From: a virus
Virus record (IMG/VR): IMGVR_UViG_3300009165_000006
Strand: one strand, 5' to 3'
Length of the DNA: 25,101 bases
Position numbers and translations under genes: made by a program. Positions 15,219 through 23,856 of the stretch are shown in pieces. Position 1 is the stretch's first letter. Every line of letters starts with the position of its first letter. The notes beneath the pieces are model-generated. The model searched no databases and was not told the origin of the DNA. It saw only the letters and a list, made by a program, of their open reading frames with translations.

Positions 15219-15648
15219 CCCTTACTAAGAACTCTAAAGGCAAGGCCACTGTATTGATGAAGGTGGTCTCTGTGAAGGTAGCGTTGTGGATGATGTCTAC
15301 GGCACCTATAGAGGTTAACCACGTGACTACCGAACCCGTAACAACCTTTTTGAGAGCTGCTGCGTTGGGGTAATACCCTAGGTCATGGTGTATCGTTGCT
15401 GAGTTCCCTGGGCCCGGGAAGGCCGCTAGAGAGAGGATCTCGTTGAGCCTTAGCTTACCCACCTTCTCGAACTGATAGAGATCACCTTTTTGAGCGGATC
15501 GAATGACTTCTGAAGTGTCGGGCAGGTAAACACTACGTCCCGCCCCAATGTACTGGTCCTCAGCTCTCCGGGCCTCGGATTGACCCTGCCGAATGAGTCT
15601 TAAGTCCTTCAGGTAGATCGGAGCATTGGTGAGATTCGTGACTTTCAT
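15211..15648 (-). CDS. hypothetical protein (145 aa), co-transcribed upstream partner of the beta-helix protein
   Basis: Clean ORF. GGGG 5-8 nt before the ATG. Putative promoter TTAGAC-17-GATAAC upstream. Confidence 0.55.
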   Translation of the reverse strand: MKVTNLTNAPIYLKDLRLIRQGQSEARRAEDQYIGAGRSVYLPDTSEVIRSAQKGDLYQFEKVGKLRLNEILSLAAFPGPGNSATIHHDLGYYPNAAALKKVVTGSVVTWLTSIGAVDIIHNATFTETTFINTVALPLEFLVRVG

Positions 15649-15767
15649 GAAACCCCAGATGTAATCTCATCAGAGAGTTATCTGACCTAGGGTTACCTGG
15701 TCTAAACCCTTGATATACTTATACTAATCCTAAGCCTGGTAGGTTTCCGTAGCTAGCGACATAGGTT

Positions 15768-15795
15768 TTGACTTCTAGAGGAAATCACGTAGGAT
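15768..15795 (+). promoter_or_regulatory. sigma70-like promoter TTGACT-16-TAGGAT for the Thg1-like gene (about 35-nt leader)
   Basis: Hexamers read directly. The same TTGACT...TAGGAT pair recurs at 24216-24242. Confidence 0.5.
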
Positions 15796-15830
15796 GGTTA
15801 GCTACTCGAGCACAGAAGTGACCTCAAAGT

Positions 15831-16577
15831 ATGAAAAGTGACAACCTTGATGTTCGGATGCGACGGCTTGAGTGCTATCATGCGCTGGAAGTCTTACCTG
15901 GTGCCTATCCCATTGTTCGTGTTGATGGGCGGAGCTTCACGAAGCTGACCCGAGGAATGGAGCATCCATTCGATGTGAAGTTTCACGAGTGCATGGTGGC
16001 GACGGCGAAGGCTTTGTTGATTGAGTTAGGTGGACTCTATGCATTCACGGAGAGTGACGAAATTTCGGTTCTACTGCCTCGTGATACGGATCTATTCGGT
16101 CGCGAAGTGGAGAAGCTTGTGTCGGTCTCTGCGGGGATAGCGTCGTCGACCTTTTCGTTGGAGCTGGGCAAGCCTGGTCACTTTGACGGTCGGGTCTGGG
16201 TGGGGATCTTGGAGAACGACGTGGTCGATTACTTCCGATGGAGGCAGTCGGATGCCTTTCGCTGTTGTCTGAACTCCTGGTGTTACTGGACGTTGAGAAA
16301 GGCTGGGAAGAACGCCAAGCAGGCGACGGAGGTCCTTGAAGGTCGGAGTTTCTCGGCCAAGAACGAACTACTCTTTCAGCATGGGATCAATTTCAACAAG
16401 CTCGCTACCTGGCAAAAGCATGGTGTCGGTCTCTATTGGGAGGACTTCGAGAGGACTGGGTTCAACCCCAAGACCAAGGCACCCACGACGTGCACTCGTC
16501 GGAAGGTTTTGGTGAACCGGGATCTACCACGGGGTTTGGAGTACGTTAACCTCGTGCTACGGGTAGGTGGGTTATGA
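15831..16577 (+). CDS. Thg1-like protein (tRNA-His guanylyltransferase family; 3'-5' nucleotidyltransferase)
   Basis: Hallmark blocks PIVRVDGRSFTKLT (RxDGxxF), YAFTESDEISVLL (SDE carboxylates), FDGRVW, CYWTLRKAGKNAKQATEVLEGRSFSAKNELLFQHGINFNKL. Stand-alone transcription unit. Confidence 0.75.
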   Translation: MKSDNLDVRMRRLECYHALEVLPGAYPIVRVDGRSFTKLTRGMEHPFDVKFHECMVATAKALLIELGGLYAFTESDEISVLLPRDTDLFGREVEKLVSVSAGIASSTFSLELGKPGHFDGRVWVGILENDVVDYFRWRQSDAFRCCLNSWCYWTLRKAGKNAKQATEVLEGRSFSAKNELLFQHGINFNKLATWQKHGVGLYWEDFERTGFNPKTKAPTTCTRRKVLVNRDLPRGLEYVNLVLRVGGL

Positions 16578-16849
16578 ACAGTTGGATTTCAGCTAGAACG
16601 CTCTTTCAGCCAAACAAGAACCCTCGTCCCAGTACTTCGCAACGTAGGAGACGAGAGTCCTCAAAGATTTGAACCTAGCATCCACAGTACAATAACAACG
16701 GTAGACTTCAAGGCTCCTAATGGAGCCTTAGTGACCCTGCACATAAGCGAACAAGAGTTGGAACAACTCCTCCCGTTCTTCACTGAACCACCCGTACCAA
16801 AAACAACAAAGACGATGTACCCATCAAGGTATCACCGGGTGCCAGTGAT

Positions 16850-17128
16850 CTAGATCGTCTCAAGTGCTCGATTGAGCGCAAAGCGAATCACTCGTAGATC
16901 TCGCTCCGTTAGCTTCATGGTGAATTCTTTTCCCTCGTTGCTATCCATGTTAACAACAACGTCAAGGATGTTGGGCAACTGAGGTCCAAGTAGGGCGGTT
17001 ACCTTGTCCCGTTGGATCTCTATGGCGGAACGGACTAGGTCAGCATTCGCCACCGTCGAGAACTCTGGATCATACACATCGGATATTGGTCCTGGCATGC
17101 TCAGTACCGTATCTGAGAACGTGTTCAA
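16850..17128 (-). CDS. hypothetical protein (about 82-92 aa)
   Basis: The track start is a TTG at 17128. An ATG start at 17098 (MPGPISD) is equally possible. Confidence 0.45.
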   Translation of the reverse strand: MNTFSDTVLSMPGPISDVYDPEFSTVANADLVRSAIEIQRDKVTALLGPQLPNILDVVVNMDSNEGKEFTMKLTERDLRVIRFALNRALETI

Positions 17129-17224
17129 ACTTACGTTAGAGTAGAACTCTCAGTTTGAAGCTATGCGAACCAGATTTTGTGATCTTACCTTCACAGTAAG
17201 CCTCCGGCTAGTACGGTAATAGCG

Positions 17225-17260
17225 CGAATGCAGTGCCCCTTCGGGCACTGCATCATTCGA
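17225..17260. other. GC-rich hairpin (GCAGTGCCC-CTTC-GGGCACTGC, extendable to about 14 bp) in a 480-bp non-coding gap
   Basis: Read directly. Additional perfect small hairpins at about 17322-17345 (TCGAGGAAT..ATTCCTCGA), 17355-17370 and 17448-17460. Confidence 0.6.
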
Positions 17261-17607
17261 CGATCGGGACACTTCCTAAGTAAACTTAGGCATAGCCTTC
17301 GATCCATCGATTCACCAATTTCGAGGAATATCGACATTCCTCGACCATTTTGTCCTGGAACGTCCAGGTGATCTAGGAACTACTTTCCCCGAAAGGATCA
17401 AGTCCTCTTGGTGTTTGGTCAACTTGATTTTCCTCAAGTCTTTTACCACAGCAAGGAAGTGCGCGGAACGCGCTGTTTCGTGCCGTGAACCCGATAGACT
17501 TGCTTTTCAAGGACCCATCAGATCTACCACTTTACGGAATTATGACCTGAGGCCGGTATGCTAAATCCGATTGGAATTCTTGTCAAGTTGAAAATGATCG
17601 GGTAACT

Positions 17608-17898
17608 TTGATCAGGTTTGGAGTCAACTGCTACGACCCTAACCCACCCCCAGGTCTAAAGTCCACTCCAATGCCCACGTCCACGTTCGAGAACCAAGAT
17701 GACATGATGAAGACCATCACCGAGAACGAACAAGGGAAGCCGGTCGAGGTTAATGCTTTGACCTTCGATGAGGAGTACCCGTTCGCGACCTCGCCGTTTG
17801 ACGAAGAGCCTAGGCTACCGGAGATGCCACGTGACCACACGGTGATGCATAAGACGGTCAGTGGCAACGGCGTAGTAGGACGATTGAGGAAACCATGA
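17608..17898 (+). CDS. hypothetical acidic protein (up to 96 aa; start uncertain)
   Basis: ORF only. Followed by a strong hairpin. Confidence 0.4.
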   Translation: MIRFGVNCYDPNPPPGLKSTPMPTSTFENQDDMMKTITENEQGKPVEVNALTFDEEYPFATSPFDEEPRLPEMPRDHTVMHKTVSGNGVVGRLRKP

Positions 17899-17908
17899 GT
17901 CACGAGAT

Positions 17909-17939
17909 GAAGAACGGGTCAACCACTTGACCCGTTCTT
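17909..17939. terminator. bidirectional terminator-like hairpin (AGAACGGGTCAA-CCAC-TTGACCCGTTCT, 12-13 bp stem) between convergent genes
   Basis: Read directly. Weak T-tract (TTCTTAT). Confidence 0.5.
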
Positions 17940-17944
17940 ATCGG

Positions 17945-18304
17945 TTAGCGAGCCTTCTTCCGAAGGGCTTCGAGGGCTTGCTTGGCGACGTTGAGTTCGG
18001 TTTCCACGTCACTCTCCGAATCGACGTCATGCTCACTCGCAGCGAAGCAAGCGTGCTCGATTCTGAGTGCTATCTCGCGCAACATCTCGCATGGGAGATC
18101 CAACCCCCTCCCAAGCTTCCGGATTGCTCCGATGGTAAGCCAATTCACGAACTCGGGCACCGTCCTGTAGTGGTTGGGGAGGGTACATGCAGACCCAACG
18201 AATTCGCTGGCAACCACGGCGTAGGGCTCCAAACCTACGCAACGAAATGCCTCGGCCAATGTGGTTCGAACAGCTTCGTCAATCTTCTCTGCTGGGTCGT
18301 ACAT
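17945..18304 (-). CDS. hypothetical protein (119 aa, acidic C-terminus)
   Basis: Promoter TTGAGT(18333-18338 rc)-17-TAGTAC(18310-18315 rc)-5-ATG. Confidence 0.6.
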   Translation of the reverse strand: MYDPAEKIDEAVRTTLAEAFRCVGLEPYAVVASEFVGSACTLPNHYRTVPEFVNWLTIGAIRKLGRGLDLPCEMLREIALRIEHACFAASEHDVDSESDVETELNVAKQALEALRKKAR

Positions 18305-18469
18305 GCTAAGTACTACGCACGATGGGGTGAGAACTCAACAACAAAAAAGTGGTATTGCCAGTGCAACCTGAGTATTAGTTTTTGGGTTTGGGGCCGTTTC
18401 AACCCCAGGTGGAGAAGCCTCGAAGGGGTTTGGGTGGTACTGGTTTTGCACCTTGTAGGGGGCTTGGAC

Positions 18470-18802
18470 TCAACGTTTCTTGGCCTTGGGGTGGGTGCAA
18501 GTAGGTGTGTGACCGTCGACCTCCTTAGCGCGGCAGAAGTAGCAGGTTCTGCCTTCGAAGATCCCTATCGTGGACCACTCGGGGGGAGTCCGACGGATCC
18601 TTGCGTCCTGGAAGTACTGTTCGGTTTTCCAAACAGGCGAGTTTCCGTTCCAAGAGATGAGCGCTTTACCCTCTTCAAGATTCACCTCGAGGACTTGGAT
18701 CTTCCAGACCCTCATTACAGACATGGTGGTATTTCCAGCCCTCTCCTTGTGGCAGTCGTAGAGAACATCCCCAGTCTTCAGGCTTTTGATTGCAATTGAC
18801 AT
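18470..18802 (-). CDS. hypothetical protein (110 aa) with C-terminal CYFC...H.PTCTH Cys/His cluster
   Basis: Promoter TTGAGG(18832-18837 rc)-18-TATAAT(18808-18813 rc)-5-ATG, which is a consensus -10. Confidence 0.6.
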   Translation of the reverse strand: MSIAIKSLKTGDVLYDCHKERAGNTTMSVMRVWKIQVLEVNLEEGKALISWNGNSPVWKTEQYFQDARIRRTPPEWSTIGIFEGRTCYFCRAKEVDGHTPTCTHPKAKKR

Positions 18803-18911
18803 GTTCTATTATACGTTCGAAGGTAGGGGAACCTCAACAGCTCCCTGTCGATTTCGATCTCTTCCAGGAAGCTGTTGAAATGTTGCAATAGAGTGCGAGT
18901 AGTTTAAGGTC

Positions 18912-19598
18912 TCACCGGAGAGGCTTGGCATAGTAGTGCCAAGCGTGGTTCGAGTGGTTCATGAAGTCAGCTTCCTTCACAGCATCCTCATAGGGCTTGG
19001 GATCAGATGCGATGAAGCGTGGGTTCCCCTTGTGTCCGATGGGCTCGCAGAAGACCCCGTAGAGGCCTTCTGGTCGATTCCCTACCATTAGGGTCCAATT
19101 GGGATCGGGGGTTGGTGGTTGCGGGTTCACGGCCTCGGTGATGGCTTGAATGACACGCTCATCCTCAGCTTCGCGGATGCTCTGCTTTAGGTAGCCTTTT
19201 TCAAACTCTTTGACCTTGGGTGGGTCCACGGTCTCGTTCTTGTGACGATCCTTACCAGTAAGCAAAGGATCGTTCTCGGTGATGGCTGCATAGACCTTTT
19301 CGGCCGCCACGAGAGGAGGTATGCGACCATCTTTGACCCTCATGAAGTAGGTTCGGAGTACGTCCTTGATGACCCCCCCTTGAGAGAACGGATAGGGCTC
19401 TAGTCGCTTGGCCATATCGAAGGCGTATTGGGCGAGGTACCCATTCGTGTAGGATACCTCGATGGCTATGGACTCCTGAACCAGCTCCTCAACAACCCCT
19501 GGCGTTAGGTGATCTCGCATGAGATCGTAGAGAAAACTCGTAAGCCGGCTTCGAATATTGACACTACCACTTCGTTCACGCAGGTCTTTGTTGGACAT
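18912..19598 (-). CDS. hypothetical protein (228 aa)
   Basis: Clean ORF. No family-type promoter. No motif recognised. Confidence 0.55.
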   Translation of the reverse strand: MSNKDLRERSGSVNIRSRLTSFLYDLMRDHLTPGVVEELVQESIAIEVSYTNGYLAQYAFDMAKRLEPYPFSQGGVIKDVLRTYFMRVKDGRIPPLVAAEKVYAAITENDPLLTGKDRHKNETVDPPKVKEFEKGYLKQSIREAEDERVIQAITEAVNPQPPTPDPNWTLMVGNRPEGLYGVFCEPIGHKGNPRFIASDPKPYEDAVKEADFMNHSNHAWHYYAKPLR

Positions 19599-19669
19599 CG
19601 GAGTGGTAGTTACACCGGGGAGGGACCCGAGGATTCAAAAACTCAACTCCCGGGGTATCGACTTGGCAT

Positions 19670-19922
19670 GAAAACCATACCCCATGTGATCTCTATCCTC
19701 ATCATCGTGGCTTGGCTGCTCCCTTGGACGAACGAGGCAGGCACCCAAAGGGCCTTGAAGTACAATGGGTTCACTGATGTACGGACCAAGGGGCATAGCT
19801 TTTTTACCTGTATGGACTGGTCAGCTACGGAGTTCGAAGCAACCAACCCAGCAGGGCTGCCACGGGTGACGGGTACCGTTTGTTGTGGGCTCGTCGTCAA
19901 GGCTTGTACAATCCGGTGGTAA
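19670..19922 (+). CDS. small secreted protein (signal-peptide-like N-terminus MKTIPHVISILIIVAWLLPW)
   Basis: Internal ATG of ORF 19509..19922. TTCAAA-16-TATCGA-6-ATG geometry. Confidence 0.4.
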
Positions 19923-19973
19923 CTTCGAACGGCTGTCTTTGACTTGGAGCGAGTAAGGTGCCAAAATCAACCT

Positions 19974-20231
19974 ATGCTCAAGGAATTTCTCAGATCTGCG
20001 ACCTCGATTACGATACTTCGAATCGAGGGCACAGATACTATTCAGGTTTTCTTCGAAGGAGCTGCTAGCCCCTATCCTGAGCTAGCAGCTCAACAGCCAA
20101 ACGAGTACAAGGGAGTCGTATTTTCTGTCGAGACCCGGCGAGGATATGCAGAAGAGTGGTTGAAGGTCAACCACTTTTCAGGAAAAGTTCGGTTGATAAC
20201 CAAGTCAGGCGCTTCCGAGATTCGGCTTTAG
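19974..20231 (+). CDS. hypothetical protein (86 aa)
   Basis: Internal ATG of ORF 19944..20231, directly preceded by TTGACT(19939-19944)-17-CAAAAT(19962-19967)-6-ATG. Confidence 0.45.
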   Translation: MLKEFLRSATSITILRIEGTDTIQVFFEGAASPYPELAAQQPNEYKGVVFSVETRRGYAEEWLKVNHFSGKVRLITKSGASEIRL

Positions 20232-20299
20232 ACCCGATGGTTGTTCGGGGGGCTCTGGTAAGATCATCCTCGAATGATCTACTCATACCAGGTTTTAGT

Positions 20300-20560
20300 A
20301 TGAGTAGAATCACTAATGCCCAAGACTTGTCGAGAGAGTTGCAGCGACTTCAGGATGTGTGTCAGCAGCCCAATCCTAGTCGAATGGAATTAGCTGTTAA
20401 GCTCCAGCGGTTGGCCCATCAACTTGTTGATTCAGGGCATGATATTCAGGCTACTCTCGTACATTACCCCAAACCGGTGAATTTCGAGGAGGTACTCAAG
20501 CAGCGTTGGGCACGAGAGCTTATGGAACTTCTCAATTGGTGGTTCAGTACTCACGAATAA
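20300..20560 (+). CDS. hypothetical helical protein (86 aa)
   Basis: Internal ATG of ORF 20156..20560. The start codon lies in the loop-proximal part of the hairpin TACTCATA..(11)..TATGAGTA. Confidence 0.4.
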   Translation: MSRITNAQDLSRELQRLQDVCQQPNPSRMELAVKLQRLAHQLVDSGHDIQATLVHYPKPVNFEEVLKQRWARELMELLNWWFSTHE

Positions 20561-20715
20561 GGATGAGTTTTTGGTAAACTATTGATTGGTCTTGGCAGTT
20601 GATGACTGACCCAATAGTTCGACAGGTGGTGAGCAGGTATCTGAGGGTTCGAGCAGTTGACTTCAAACTTACAAAGTTGATCAAGGCCGCTAATTATTCC
20701 GGTGTATGTAATTAG

Positions 20716-22143
20716 ATGAAGAAGAGTCGGTTCTTCATGCTGCACCCCGAGTGTAACCCAGGGAAACTAGCCTCCCTTGAAGCCCTCCATGTCGAATACG
20801 TCTCTTACGTTCGGATCTGCGTCCAGACGATGCTTGAAGCTCGTAGGCTGACTTTACCTCGTTCCAAGAAGCAAGAGTTCTTTCCACGAGCTGAGAAGCT
20901 CACATCTCAGATTGAGAAGAACGCCCGAGACCACGCTATTCAGATCGTGAGTACTTGAGCTAAATCAGTCTACGTCCGGAAGCTCAAGACCCACATTCGA
21001 TTGGCTTTCAAGAGGGGTGAAATCACCGAGGACTTCCGAAAGCAACTCTACACAGTAGAGAAGTATCTGGTTCATGAGCCAAGGGACACTGTCTCCCAAG
21101 AAGCTATCGATCTGTATTGGACTTGGCTCTCAGACCCAGAAGTAGTGGGAAATTTCCCAAGCGTGTCCAATCGGATTCCAATGAGGATGTCGGAAAACAC
21201 TTGCTCATTGGAAGATCCAGAAGAAACTGTCCACGCTGATTTTTGGCTCAAGATCTCAACCTTGGTTTCGCGTAAGCTTGCCTGGTTACCATTGGTTGGT
21301 AACCCTTATGTGAGGAAAGCTTCCGATGTTTCCAAGGGAATCCATGCGAGGAAAGACCGAAAGGGCCGTTGGCGTTTTGAAGCGGTTGATATCAAGGAGT
21401 GGCTCGTTCTGGAAGCTGAGCCAGAGTTACCTCGAGTAGGAGTCGACGTTGGGCTGAACGTAGTAGCGGCTACTTCGAGTGGACACACGTTTGGGGCTGA
21501 CCTTCAACCAAAGTTCAACCAGCTCTACAACAAGGTCAGGGCGGTTCGCTCGAACCGCCAGAGACAGAATCTTAAGGACAACTCACCCAGGCTTGACCGC
21601 CTAGAGTCCAAGCTTTCTGGGCTTACTAAGAGTATCACAGGACGAGTATCAAATGAGCTTCTTCTAGCTTATCCAGAATCGGTCTTCGTTCTTGAAGACC
21701 TTGATCTCTCTGGATGTCGAGGTCAGAAACGTTTTTGTTATCGGGCTTTAGCTCACGCTCTTGAGTCAAAAGCCCCGACGGAAGTTGTCAATCCGGCCTA
21801 TTCGTCTCAGACATGCCCGTCATGCGGGCATGTCTCCAGACTTAACAGGTCTGGAACCAGTTTCGTCTGCCGCCAGTGCGGCAGACGTTCACATGCTGAT
21901 GTGGTGGGAGGGATCAATCTGCTCAGACGTTCTGAGAGCAAACAGATTGGTCTCGATGATCATCCGTCGGAAGTGAAGGAAGTGCTTGTGAGGCTATACT
22001 GGAATCGAGGTAATCTCGGTCGGGAGTGTCCACAGGACTTCTTGAATAAGTTCGCGCCATTATCGTATGGCCGCAGGCTTACTACCAGAGCATCGCCCCG
22101 CAAGGGGCAGGCTGGCACAGCCTCTAATCAGGTAGCTGCTTGA
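20716..22143 (+). pseudogene. tnpB: TnpB / IS605-IS1341 OrfB-like RNA-guided RuvC nuclease homolog; reading frame interrupted by a single in-frame TGA (20956-20958) and carrying a roughly 70-aa C-terminal extension
   Basis: N-terminal TnpB-like start (MKKSRFFMLHPE...) and ORF 21001..22143 are in the same frame, separated only by the TGA. Downstream RuvC-I GVDVGLN, RuvC-II VFVLEDLDL, zinc ribbon CPSCGH...CRQCG and RuvC-III HADVVGGINLL are all intact. No TnpA gene nearby. Confidence 0.75.
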
Positions 22144-22166
22144 GCTTAGTAAGTTTGAGCAACTTC

Positions 22167-22198
22167 TTGAGTACGGTCTTATGCATACCTCATAATGT
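22167..22198 (+). promoter_or_regulatory. leaderless promoter TTGAGT-17-TCATAA-3-ATG for gene 22199
   Basis: Read directly. Begins only 24 nt after the tnpB stop. Confidence 0.5.
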
Positions 22199-22810
22199 AT
22201 GAAGACCATCCAACGAGTTAATAACCGATTCATCCAGGCTTCCCAAAAAGCTGACTTCGAAGCCAACCTCTTCGCAGTCCTCAAAGACAACCCAGAGGCC
22301 ATAGATGAGGGTATCCTCGAGGGCGAAAATGCCTCACAACGCTACCATAAAAACGATCCTTACGAAACAATCAAGGAATTCAAACGCTACGACCCTGAGG
22401 GCTACCAAAGGGCCTTAGAACGCTCCAAAAAAGAGCTGCTTAATAGACTTGGCAGAATCAACTTTGGCCAAAAGGGTCCAATCGTTTTCCGTGCCCTCTC
22501 ACTCCAAAACCCACAAGACTTCACCGAGAAACTACTGACATCACAAACACACGTTGGTATCTATTGGTCCTTCACTAGAGGTATGGCAAGGCCTTACTGG
22601 GCCAAAGCACCTACCCACAAAACGGTCATCCTCGAAGCCGAATTGCCCCCACGCTCTATCGACTTTCTTCAACTCATTGAGGCCAATACCACTAGAGCCT
22701 TCTCTCAAGACGAAAACGAAATTACCGCACTACCAAGTACCCCAGTCTTCATCCTCAACATCGTCTTCGAAAACCAACTCACACCAGTCAACCGTATGCA
22801 TAAAACCTAG
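22199..22810 (+). CDS. hypothetical protein (203 aa)
   Basis: Clean ORF with its own promoter. Confidence 0.6.
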   Translation: MKTIQRVNNRFIQASQKADFEANLFAVLKDNPEAIDEGILEGENASQRYHKNDPYETIKEFKRYDPEGYQRALERSKKELLNRLGRINFGQKGPIVFRALSLQNPQDFTEKLLTSQTHVGIYWSFTRGMARPYWAKAPTHKTVILEAELPPRSIDFLQLIEANTTRAFSQDENEITALPSTPVFILNIVFENQLTPVNRMHKT

Positions 22811-23223
22811 AAGACATGCAAATCTGACTCAGGGTTCTTCGGGTAAGGATTAACGGATTACACGGTCAACATGAAAAGTCATAGATATCGCGATAGAGGA
22901 AGCATTCCGACGAGCTGCTATTGAGCGACGGGGTTATACCGGGAGGAGCCTCGGATCTGGGCTACCGTTTATAGTCAAACTGAGAACCTTCGAGTGGTCT
23001 CTACGAAAGAGGAGGATGGTTTAGTGGCTCTTGAGCCCTTCTTAGAGGATTTGGGTAAGGCTCTATCTAGTTGGTTCTATGTGGACTCCATACTAGAGGC
23101 TTCTCGCTGAGGCGGGTATTTGTAGCCTGAGCATGGGGCGACAATTCGATGCTCTTGGGCCACCCGCAAGGTTTGAGGGACTTCTCCGGGACCTAGAGAC
23201 AGTACTTTGGAAAGGGTCATTGG

Positions 23224-23856
23224 GTGGCTGATTATACTGATCCAGTGCAGATGATACGGGACATTCGGTATCATGTTCGGTTGACGGGTCATCGGGCTAT
23301 ACCTGGGGATGATCCTCGTCGTGCGATGCTTGGGTGGATCTGTTCTACGTGCGAGGAATCTTGGCACATAGGGTTGGAGGGATGGCGGGAGTTGGATTTT
23401 AGGCGGCTCTACGGGCAGAACTTCGCGGATCGGTCTGCCTTTCTGGCTTACCTGAATGGTGAACTGGAGGGTCCGGACAGTTTGGGGCCTCGGGGATCTT
23501 GTCTCTTGTGCACGGATCCGATTGAGATGGTTCAGTGCATCCGGACTCATGTGCTTCGAGAAAGGCACTCGGTGGTGCCTTCTGACAACCCATTAGGGCT
23601 GACGATGGGTTACACTTGTGTTGAGTGTAATAGGGATCTTTCTCGGATTCCGCGGGTCTCTACCTGGTACACTCACTTACGATTCTTGAAGTCGTTGTCT
23701 ACCTCTGGAAAGGAGGCTGACCTTCTTCGAGGCGCACTACAAGGGCCAAGGTTACGGGAGCTGCTGACTGACTACTTGAATGATCTAACTGAGTTAGACC
23801 TTGGTGTAACTCTTCCCTTTGTAATAGATCGGTACCATCGACCATGGGTGATTTGA
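23224..23856 (+). CDS. His/Cys-motif domain protein (family E), two tandem domain copies; GTG start with AAAGGG Shine-Dalgarno
   Basis: Domain 1 DPVQMIRDIRYHV..GHRAIPGDDPRRAMLGWICSTCE. Domain 2 DPIEMVQCIRTHV..RHSVVPSDNPLGLTMGYTCVECN. C-terminus RYHRPWVI as in 11571..11927. Confidence 0.65.
   Translation: MADYTDPVQMIRDIRYHVRLTGHRAIPGDDPRRAMLGWICSTCEESWHIGLEGWRELDFRRLYGQNFADRSAFLAYLNGELEGPDSLGPRGSCLLCTDPIEMVQCIRTHVLRERHSVVPSDNPLGLTMGYTCVECNRDLSRIPRVSTWYTHLRFLKSLSTSGKEADLLRGALQGPRLRELLTDYLNDLTELDLGVTLPFVIDRYHRPWVI

Noticed and set aside
17927-18799. 290-aa plus-strand ORF 17927..18799
   Set aside because: It is antisense to two minus-strand genes that each carry a textbook family promoter (including a consensus TATAAT). 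Its protein is Gly/Leu/Val-rich and low-complexity, so it is probably a shadow ORF.
20716-22143. Possibility that the in-frame TGA in tnpB indicates an alternative genetic code (TGA = Trp or Gly)
   Set aside because: Every other long ORF in the window, including the 654-codon beta-helix gene, is free of in-frame TGA. That would be very unlikely under genome-wide TGA reassignment.
23077-23568. 163-aa minus-strand ORF antisense to the family E gene
   Set aside because: The plus-strand gene is supported by paralogy with 11571..11927. The antisense product is Pro/Arg-rich and lacks signals.
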